A stretch of DNA of 20,000 nt from the NCBI GenBank assembly GCA_905331295.1, contig CAJNYD010000057.1, forward strand, positions 123,221-143,220, given 5' to 3'. Numbering within the stretch: position 1 is the first letter of the stretch; the number at the start of each line of letters is the position of its first letter. The notes below the pieces were generated by a model. That model saw only the letters and a program-made list of their open reading frames with translations, did not search any database and was not told where the DNA came from. The translations under genes and the position numbers were made by a program. Below are positions 12,194-20,000 of this stretch, in pieces. This DNA comes from Rotaria socialis. Lineage: Eukaryota.

Positions 12194-13051
12194 TCATTTA
12201 TTAGTAGTACTATCGCCATCATCGTCGTCGTCGTCATCATCATCATCATCATCTTCAATATCGTCGCCATTTTTTTCTTCTTTTGGTGCACTATAATGTC
12301 GAAATTGTGGTTTTAATTCATAATTACGCCCCGTATTATTGTAATTACAATATCTTTTAACAAGTTGTTGTAAATACACTTTCGGTTGTTGAGTGATATT
12401 TTCAAGTGCTGACATTGAAATATATTGATTTTTTGAAAACGCTTCAAACATGAAATTGAGTACTGTGTCTTCTGGACTTCGAACACGTGTTCCCTTTAAT
12501 TTTTTCTCTTGTTTACGTTTTTTATTTTCTTCATGATCCCTTTTAGGTGCAAAAGCAGATTTCTTCTTCTCGATCTTTATTGTTTTACTTGTTGGTTCTT
12601 GTGATACTTCGAAATGTTTGCGTTTCATCGACATATACTGTTCAGTCTCAACTGGACGAACTTCAGCTCGTTTTATTACCTTACCGATTATAGATATTTG
12701 TTCTTTGAGCGGTAACTTTGGATTAGTCGTACGAGTAGAAACGGTACGAAGAACACCGTCGGATATATTGCTTAAACAAAATCGATGTTCTTGTGGTGGC
12801 AGTGGATCATCTTTGGATTTTTTTTCTTTAATTTTTTGCATGACTTGATCATTAAGCCGAAAGAAAACATCTTGTGCTCGTCCACTGGTTGAGGCACGTT
12901 TAACTATACGACCAACTTCTGCATTATTACTTGCCTCTGAATAATCGTTAATAATTTGTGACAAGTACTTGGGCACTTTTACAAGCCATACTCCGCTTGT
13001 CGATCGTTCTATATCGACATCGATTGCATCAAAAGGATCGTTTGCAGGCAT
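12194..13051 (-). CDS. GTF2F2: General transcription factor IIF subunit 2 (TFIIF beta/RAP30), 285 aa, intronless CDS, poly-Asp tail
   Basis: N-terminal GVWLVKVPKYLSQ, central GKVIKRAEVRP and C-terminal winged-helix motifs FEAFSKNQY...ITQQPKVYL...YELKPQFRHY. Confidence 0.93.
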   Translation of the reverse strand: MPANDPFDAIDVDIERSTSGVWLVKVPKYLSQIINDYSEASNNAEVGRIVKRASTSGRAQDVFFRLNDQVMQKIKEKKSKDDPLPPQEHRFCLSNISDGVLRTVSTRTTNPKLPLKEQISIIGKVIKRAEVRPVETEQYMSMKRKHFEVSQEPTSKTIKIEKKKSAFAPKRDHEENKKRKQEKKLKGTRVRSPEDTVLNFMFEAFSKNQYISMSALENITQQPKVYLQQLVKRYCNYNNTGRNYELKPQFRHYSAPKEEKNGDDIEDDDDDDDDDDDDGDSTTNK

Positions 13052-13328
13052 CTATTGGAAGGTAGTAACGGGCAACTTTCATAGGAACTATGCAGGACGT
13101 TATACTTTTGTCGTTCTTATACCTTTCACTTTTGCATTCTGTATTCATTTGTATAGTATGTGTAAAGACAGCATTCGAGTCGTGCCTTATCGATAGGAAA
13201 GAAAAAATGTTTGTCAAAGTTTGCATACAAAAATAACACATCGACTAATTTGTGTGGAAGACAAGTAAAGTCGTAGAACAGAATAGTTGTATCAGCCGAG
13301 TGCTTCAGACGTAACACGGGAAACTTGC

Positions 13329-14148
13329 AAAGATCTCCGTACAGCATTGAAATTGATAAGCGGTGATACAAATCGCCCTCTATGGGTTACACGAGATGGT
13401 CACATATTTCTTGAGGCATTTTCTTTACTTCATAGTCACGTGCAAGATTTCGATATGGAAAAGTGAAACTTGTATTGAAACATAATCAATATTTTACTGC
13501 AAGCGTTTTTCCTGAAGTTTTAAAAGAACTTCTTCGGAATCAAAAAATTCAACAATGTCGAGTCATAACATCAGAGCAATCTCATGTAAACATTCATAGA
13601 GAAGTTGCGTCCAAAGAAATGAGAACTTCAAATGAACAAGTAATGGACGATATTCGACGTTTACATGAAAACTTCGACCTAATGCATTTTTACGATCGCA
13701 TCAAGAGCAAAGCTTGAGAAATATGTTCTATAATGGACGTGCACGATCTGGCTTGATTGTTCCTCAATGTGGAAATGGAAAATCTTTAGTTGGCGTTACA
13801 GCTGCTTTTACAATAAATAAACCTTGTCGTGTACTTTGTAATTCGAAGATTTCTGTTGAACAATGGAAACAACATGGTCCATGGCTAATGACTCCAATGT
13901 GAATTTATTTATTTCAGGCAGAAAAGAAAAATTAAGTGATGCATGTGTATACTCTTGACGAAGTTCATGCAATACCAGCTGAACAATACAGCAACACTAA
14001 TAAGCGAAGATGATAAGATAACTGATTTGAACTTTTTAATTGGACCGAAATTACATGAAGCTAATTGGATGGAATCACAAAATTTAGGTCATGTTGCTAA
14101 AGTTCTTTGTGGTGAAGTAAGATGTTCAATGACACCAGAATTTGTTCG
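13329..14148 (+). pseudogene. ERCC3: Deleted and frameshifted remnant of TFIIH helicase XPB
   Basis: Collinear XPB blocks in shifting frames: [77 protein letters not shown] (Walker A); LDEVHAIPA (DEVH); [29 protein letters not shown]...[10 protein letters not shown]. Intervening conserved segments and the C-terminal helicase lobe are missing. Confidence 0.92.
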
Positions 14149-15291
14149 AAAACTGTTATTAGTCAACAATGAACTACAGCAGCGTTTATTTTTATGCGTT
14201 ATGATGAAATTATCCCAGTGATGATTTTTTTACATAGTTGGTTGACAAGAAAAAACCAGTTGTCAACACAGATACAGATTCTTAACGATGTATCTAATGG
14301 AACTGATGTTCAGCGTCAACTATTCAACGTTACACAACCAACAATCTCCGTAGTCACATTTTTAATCATGAGCGTTACGACTGCGTCTTCATCACTTTCT
14401 GAATCTGAAGGTAGTTTTTTCCAAAACATGTAAAACGCTTATCAATGGACTATTTCTTTTTCTTTCTTTTGCAGAAGAATCATCAACAAACGAACTTGTT
14501 TGTGATTCAGCAGAATGTTTTTATTTCATTTATTTATTCACTCTTTTCACTAGCTGTGAGCTCGCGGCACATATCGATCGTTAGAGATAAATAATTGTGA
14601 TCAAAACTAATTACAAATACTATTCTCACTCTTCAGATATTTGTTCAGGCTATAGATAAATATATAATAGCTTTCTTAATTGATGTCGATGAATGTACAA
14701 CTTCTAGAAAATTCTATTATTCATCTAGCAATCATCTATTCAATAGCGTCAACATAAAACAACTCAACTTGCGATATTTATTTTTCATTTTGGTATCAAT
14801 TCGAGAAAAATAGTAAGTCTGTTTAATTCTCTCTCTTGTTCATGCATGCTACATCTGTGTCTTCTTCCGTCATGACATTCTTCTCATTGAAACCACTAGA
14901 GTAAAAAATGGAAAGTGGACTAGAACGTATACTTTTTTATTGCCTTTTACAGTACACTGCCTGCATTTTTTCATCAGAACAGAACGCATAACTATTTGAT
15001 TTGATTGTATGGCACTTCCGCACCCGATCGCGGTAAAAATTCTTGGTAATTAACATGCATTTTCGGTCAAATTAATGTGTTAATTCTCGTGGATAGGGTC
15101 AGCATATCGCAATAATGAATAAGTTATATTCTTCGAGGTATAGCGGTTGTCTAGAAAACGATATATGATGAATATAAGCGAACGTGGAGATCCTCACTAG
15201 TGCTAACCCTACTTTTTAATACATTTCAGCATCAATATACTGTCAACATACTATGTAAAACAAAATCTTTTTTTGATATAGGAAGCAGAAA

Positions 15292-15804
15292 ATGATACGC
15301 ATTGGCCTATTACTGGTGTTTCAATTAAACATAATTTCCATAATAATTACTCAAATAACCGGTGACACAGAATCTAGCAATTTTTGCACAGATAATACGG
15401 AAACGTTGAAACTGAAGATTCAAACAGGAAACGAATGGTTAGCTGGCACGGATGATGCTATCAACCTTCTTCTTCGTAGTGCGAACGGTCTCATTTGTCG
15501 AGTCCATAACTTGGACAACTGGGGGAATGATCGTGAGCGAAATAGTATTGATAAGTACACTGTCTGTTGTCCAGAAGGATTTTCGAATGATAAACGCGAG
15601 CTGAGTATGTTTGCTTTGGCTCATGTGCCACCAGTTGGAAAAAATGGACGTGCAAGTACTAATGACTGGTTCATTGAACGTATCGAAATACGGGCGGGTG
15701 AACGGACTGTTTTCAACTATCACTTTCACGCTTGGACATCGCCTTCAAAACAATGGATGTTTGGTGTATCCAAAGTCAACGACAAGGAGTATCGTCGATT
15801 TTGA
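15292..15804 (+). CDS. Secreted single PLAT/LH2-domain protein, 170 aa, intronless
   Basis: Hydrophobic N-terminal signal-like segment, then PLAT motifs IQTGNEWLAGTDDAINLLL, LDNWGNDRERNSIDKY and WFIERIEI...FHAW. Confidence 0.85.
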   Translation: MIRIGLLLVFQLNIISIIITQITGDTESSNFCTDNTETLKLKIQTGNEWLAGTDDAINLLLRSANGLICRVHNLDNWGNDRERNSIDKYTVCCPEGFSNDKRELSMFALAHVPPVGKNGRASTNDWFIERIEIRAGERTVFNYHFHAWTSPSKQWMFGVSKVNDKEYRRF

Positions 15805-15956
15805 CACTTTTAACATTTCTTCATTCGATTTTTATATTAAAATATCTTGAGAGTGTGGGTTGAAGTGTGCTCAGGTTTTATGTACTGCTAGAAACCTTAA
15901 AGAATACATTTCCGCTTTCACAACTAAATAAGTAATGCGGCTAATATTTATTTAAG

Positions 15957-16585
15957 ACACATTGAAATCGTCATTCTGATGTATTAATAATGAAAATGAT
16001 TTATTTAGTAAATTATTTGAAGGTCTTGCTCCTGAAGGTTCACCAAGACCAGTTGACTTGGAATTTTCTTGAAATTATGCACATATAAATCATCATGATA
16101 ATACACATGCTTTAGCAAGTGGACAACATAATCGAGTGGTTAGTTCTTCGAATGCTCATAATGATTATCATAGTAATCATCCATCATTACATCAACAACC
16201 TTTAACACTTGACTTTATGTTACCATTATGGATGTTACATGGAAAACTAAATCAACGAGCGAATAATGGATGTAGTGTATTTAAAGCAGCGTTGCATGTT
16301 AGTGTATCGAATGCTCAACATTCAGATGATATGCTATTTGCTCAAAGTAACGATAAAAAATTAACGCATCCACTAGATTCAAATTTTACCTATGTTGTAC
16401 TCAGATAAAGCTTTTGATTCGGAAGATTCTTAATATTTTTTTTTCTATTTAGATACGTCTTGGAATCCTATAATCGTTTATCATGGCTACTAATCGATGC
16501 AAAAACAAATGAACGTGCTAGTTGTTTACCTATTCATATCGAAACATTATTAAGATTATATCATGCCTTTGTCAAATTTGTATGA
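15957..16585 (+). pseudogene. Probable decayed 3' part of an unknown protein gene (two exon-like segments)
   Basis: One frame runs from about 15957 to 16404, interrupted only by TGA at 15977 and 16070 (…NENDLFSKLFEGLAPEGSPRPVDLEFS*NYAH…FTYVVLR). A 48-nt intron-like stretch (16405-16452) has a good acceptor but AT instead of GT at the donor, then [43 protein letters not shown]. No start codon or 5' exons found. Confidence 0.55.
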
Positions 16586-17812
16586 TATTAGATTTATTGT
16601 TGCACGTTTGCTGTTTCCTCTCTGCCTCTTCTTCTTTGTAGCCATATTTTCACATCGGCACAATCTTTATTTGTTTCTATTCTATAACAGTAATCTTATT
16701 TCTTCAAACTTGTCTACCAGACAACGACGAAAACCTATATGTGTATGTGAAGTAACCCATTCGTATATATGTTCTCGAAAGCAAATACATTTATAGGAGT
16801 TGTCGCCTAAATTTGAAAATCTGATTTGATCTTTGTACAGGTGTATATTTAATTTTAGTGTGAGCATTTCTATGAAGTTTGTCTCTTGTTCTCTCTCTCA
16901 CTATATATTTAACTATTGGTTTTTTCTCTTTTGCAAAGTTCTTCGTTCGCTTCGTCTCGGAAAAAGTAAAAATGGACTACACCGATAAATACAATTGAGT
17001 CAGACACATGTGTTTCTCTCATTCTCGGTTTTTTTCCTGCGCTTACGTAGCAAATCATGTAAACCCATAAAAGCATAAACTCACACTACAAATAATAAAA
17101 AAAAGAACGAATAGCAATTATTGAATTGTAGAAAAGCTATCATTTATTTAATTAGAGTTAAACAAATATTGTTGCACTGGCAGCTGAATTCATTGACGTA
17201 TATATTTTAACTGTATTGCAGTATTTTCCATCGAAATATATTTCGTGACTAAAAAATTTCTTGGATCACTCTAAATCTCATCGATTAGATATGGTCACGT
17301 CTTATTGTGGATCAAATAATAATCAGTTAAAGATGAGTAAAATAAAACATCTCTATCGACCATAGTTTACGATGAGCGGGCTCAGATTTTTTTGCGTTAT
17401 AGCTTTCTCTCTGGAAATTTTCTTTGCGACTTTGTAGACTGAATAAAGCATACCAAAGGCAATCATCTATTTTTTCCTTTATATATATTATATCGAAGAG
17501 TTTCCAATGAAGATGTTCAGCTATGGAGAAAATTCAGAAGATGGTGATTTATCATTACGATATATATTGGATTTATTTTGTATCATTATTGTTTTCATTC
17601 TCACAGAGAAAATATGGATCTTTTTGTAAAGAATCCATGTTTCTTTCTTATACGAAGTTAGTACCAAGTTCAACAAAAGTCACGGGAAAATATATATAAT
17701 GAAATTTATAGGACAGCAATACAGATTGACGTTATTTTAAACGTTGGTAGCAATAGCAATAAATCATGCGCAAAGCACTGACTAAACAAAAACGAACAAA
17801 TTCGGTTCAATG

Positions 17813-17907
17813 TTACCAAGAGGTAAATGATCTTTACTGATCAAATACATATTGCGATGACGAAATCATGCGAGTTGATGGAAACACCGACTTGCCAGAG
17901 CAACAAC
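17813..17907 (+). pseudogene. SL RNA copy A, 5'-truncated (only the last 10 nt of the leader exon)
   Basis: TTACCAAGAG|GTAAATGATC...GCCAGAGCAACA matches the full copies. The upstream leader and promoter motifs are absent and the copy has several private substitutions. Confidence 0.8.
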
Positions 17908-18025
17908 TTTTTACATATATATAACGAGAAGAAAACGAGACTTCATGTGACTCAAAAGCAATGCATGTATTGATTATCTAAATGCTTTTGTAGGAAATAG
18001 CTCTTTCATATTTACTTTATGAAAA

Positions 18026-18131
18026 GTGTTGCTCTGGCAGGTCAATGTTTCCATCAACCCGCACGATTTCGTCATTGCAACATGTATTTGATCGGTGAAG
18101 ATCATTTACCTCTTGGTAAGTTGTAATAAGC
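18026..18131 (-). ncRNA. Spliced-leader (SL) RNA gene, copy B
   Basis: GCTTATTACAACTTACCAAGAG (18131-18110) then a GTAAAT donor; 106 nt to a T4 run. Matches, from memory, the published bdelloid SL exon (GGCTTATTACAACTTACCAAGAG) and SL RNA length (105-106 nt). Confidence 0.92.
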
Positions 18132-18265
18132 AACTATTCTCGTTGATGTGTGGGGCACGATATTTTTTTTATTCTGGCACATCGCGCTCTTCTCTTTCTC
18201 TTTTTTTATACGTTTAGTGTAAGAACAAAACCGAACTCGCGCTCACTATCTCATCGAGAATAGTT
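18132..18265. promoter_or_regulatory. Putative bidirectional SL RNA promoter, spacer 1 (134 bp)
   Basis: On each strand: a GTG-starting motif (GTGCCAGAA for B, GTGTAAGAA for C) at -49, TCGYGC at -29 and CGAGAA at -11 relative to the leader's first G. Confidence 0.7.
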
Positions 18266-18371
18266 GCTTATTACAACTTACCAAGAGGTAAATGATCTTT
18301 ACTGATCAAATACATGTTGCGATGACGAAATTGTGCGGATTGTTGGAAACAACGATCTGCCAGAGCAACAC
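18266..18371 (+). ncRNA. Spliced-leader (SL) RNA gene, copy C
   Basis: Leader 18266-18287, GT donor at 18288, 3' GAAA-tetraloop hairpin, 106 nt followed by T5. Confidence 0.92.
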
Positions 18372-18936
18372 TTTTTAATAAATAAAATGAAAAGCTACAC
18401 TAGTCGATGATCTTGACTTCGATCTGTCCAGATGCTTATTTTTCTTGAATACCAGACAAGAATCTTTTTTCTTTTCCTTTCAATGATTCTTATTATATCT
18501 TAAAGAAAAATAACACGTGATGTTTTCTGTATAGATACTTATAAATATACAGAAGTTTGAACATTGTATCTTTTTCTTTTCAGATGACTCGGACGAACTA
18601 TAACAGATATATTTTTTAAATAGACAGTTTTGTTCAAGCGTTTTTCGCTTCTTTTTCTTAATTTTTTTGTAAGCGCTATGAGCGTATCGTATCTTTCCTT
18701 GCACATGTATTATACTTTTCTTGTATTTTTTGATTTCAAATTAAAATATAATAGGACCGAAAGCAGGCAATCGTGTGGATGCCTAAATGAAATTCATTGT
18801 ATTGCAAGAATTTTTTCAAGAATGGCTAGGATTGTAAGAAAACAAGAATCTGTCCAGAAAGACAAGTTCTGTTTTTTCAGGCAAGCATCTGGACAGATCG
18901 ACGACTAGTGTAGCTTTTCATTTTATTTAATTAAAA

Positions 18937-19042
18937 GCGTTGCTCTGGCAGATCGTTGTTTCCAACAATCCGCACAATTTCGTCATCGCAACATGTATTT
19001 GATCGGTGAAGATCATTTACCTCTTGGTAAGTTGTAATAAGC
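18937..19042 (-). ncRNA. Spliced-leader (SL) RNA gene, copy D
   Basis: Leader 19042-19021, GT donor, 106 nt followed by T4. Confidence 0.92.
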
Positions 19043-19176
19043 AACTTTTCTCGTTGATATGTGGAGCACGATATTCTTGTCGTTCTGGCACATCACTGGC
19101 TTGCGTTCTTCCCTTCTAGTATGAAAAGTGTAAAGACAACCCGGATGTCGTGCGCCGCACATCAACGAGAAAAACT
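19043..19176. promoter_or_regulatory. Putative bidirectional SL RNA promoter, spacer 2 (134 bp)
   Basis: Same length as spacer 1 and the same motif positions (GTGCCAGAA or GTGTAAAGA at -49, TCGTGC at -29, CGAGAA at -11) despite a diverged centre. Confidence 0.7.
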
Positions 19177-19282
19177 GCTTATTACAACTTACCAAGAGGT
19201 AAATGATCTTTACTGATCAAATACATGTTGCGATGACGAAATTGTGCGGGTCGATGGAAACATTGACCTGCCAGAGCAACAC
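19177..19282 (+). ncRNA. Spliced-leader (SL) RNA gene, copy E
   Basis: Leader 19177-19198, GT donor at 19199, 106 nt followed by T4. Confidence 0.92.
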
Positions 19283-19707
19283 TTTTCATAAATAAAATAA
19301 TAATATATGTATTCCAATGCCACATTATAGCAGCCAGTTGTGAGACTGATTTACTAACTGAGGAATGACTATGCATACTCTCAGCACCCTATTACTCTTT
19401 TTTTCCGATATCACTTTTCGTTGAGTAGCTCTCAATATTCATGAACCTCAAGAACAATATAAGAGCATATGTTTTTTTTGGAAACTGATTCTTCTGAAGT
19501 CTGTGTATCCTAATACTGATTAAGGTTCATAAAATAAAAAATAATGTCTACCGTCTTTAATATGCAATATATTTTCATCCCTGACTTTGAACATATTGAG
19601 GTTTTTTTAATGAAGAATCATCTGTTCTTATTTGTGAAAAAAGAATCAGTAGGGTAGCATACAGACTTCTTTCATGAATCACTGGATATTTTCATTTATT
19701 TAATAAA

Positions 19708-19780
19708 GTGTTGCTCTGGCAGATCGTTGTTTCCAACAATCCGCACAATTTCGTCATCGCAACATGTATTTGATCCGTAA
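19708..19780 (-). pseudogene. SL RNA copy F, lacking leader exon and donor
   Basis: Nearly identical to the 3' ~70 nt of copies C/D; similarity stops at about 19780, next to T-rich sequence. Confidence 0.8.
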
Positions 19781-19860
19781 GTTTTTTTTGTTTTTTTTCC
19801 GTCTTTATTGATGTAAATCAAGGTCAAAATAATATCCAGAGAGAAACAAAACAGGGCACG

Positions 19861-19877
19861 ATATATATATATATATA
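19861..19877. repeat. (AT)n microsatellite
   Basis: About 8 AT units read directly. Confidence 0.8.
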
Positions 19878-20000
19878 ATCTATCGAAACACACCTAGGAC
19901 AGAGAGAAATATGTATACATGCATATGTATAATCAAACGAAACACACATAGGAAAAAAGAGAAAGGATGAAGACATGCTTGGACAGTCAGCGTCATAAAG

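Larger units (their letters stand above)
18255..19053. repeat. Long inverted repeat: arms about 18255-18437 and 18883-19053 (SL copies C and D plus 3' flanks)
   Basis: Beyond the genes, both arms share AAATAAAATGAAAAGCTACACTAGTCG...TCGATCTGTCCAGATGCTT, with a 12-nt indel; the spacer is about 445 bp. Confidence 0.88.

Noticed and set aside
14150..14440. ORF 14194-14433, a minus-strand coding-like stretch, and a small GTTGACAA/TTGTCAAC inverted repeat
   Set aside because: No recognisable XPB continuation or other domain; too short to support.
5970..15850. ORFs overlapping real genes (5970, 6960, 7455, 8064, 9399, 9684, 12618, 12969, 15439, 15611)
   Set aside because: Antisense or alternate-frame shadows of better-supported genes and pseudogenes.
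7582..16072. TGA recoding (Trp or Sec) suggested by in-frame TGAs at 7584, 15977 and 16070
   Set aside because: The same loci carry frameshifts or a broken donor, and intact genes here use TGA as stop (TFIIF beta, PLAT) and TGG for Trp.
17490..17690. Exon-like fragments (MFSYGENSEDGDLSLR / ENMDLFVKNPCF)
   Set aside because: No GT donor, early stops and no recognisable homology.
17813..19780. Repeats read as a CRISPR array, MITE terminal inverted repeats, U1 snRNA or hammerhead ribozymes
   Set aside because: Units are 106 nt in alternating orientation, with no cas genes and no target-site duplications seen. Only ACTTACC resembles U1, and CTGATCA does not fit the hammerhead CUGANGA core. The SL leader plus donor explains them.
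18480..19893. Short ORFs across the SL cluster (18480, 18630, 19013, 19182, 19696)
   Set aside because: They overlap SL genes and AT-rich spacers, and the variation there conserves RNA pairing rather than codons.

Overview
AT-rich eukaryotic genomic DNA with short (mostly 50-76 nt) GT-AG introns, most consistent with a bdelloid rotifer (it carries the bdelloid spliced-leader sequence and a bdelloid-type ADP-ribosyltransferase-TPR gene). Protein genes: the 5' end of a GTT1-like glutathione S-transferase, a 4-exon basic protein with an intron-aligned repeat, a 4-exon profilin-4-like gene, an intronless ART-TPR gene, a 4-exon unknown gene, a B-box-like/coiled-coil gene, TFIIF beta and a secreted PLAT-domain gene. 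Three decayed genes are also visible: a Rieske oxygenase, XPB/ERCC3 and an unknown gene. The most notable structure, missed by the ORF track, is a cluster of six spliced-leader (SL) RNA gene copies at 17.8-19.8 kb (four full 106-nt copies, two truncated) in alternating orientation. The full copies form two head-to-head pairs, each separated by exactly 134 bp with position-fixed motifs at -49, -29 and -11, and show two covarying 3' hairpin variants. All family calls come from motif recognition, not from searches.
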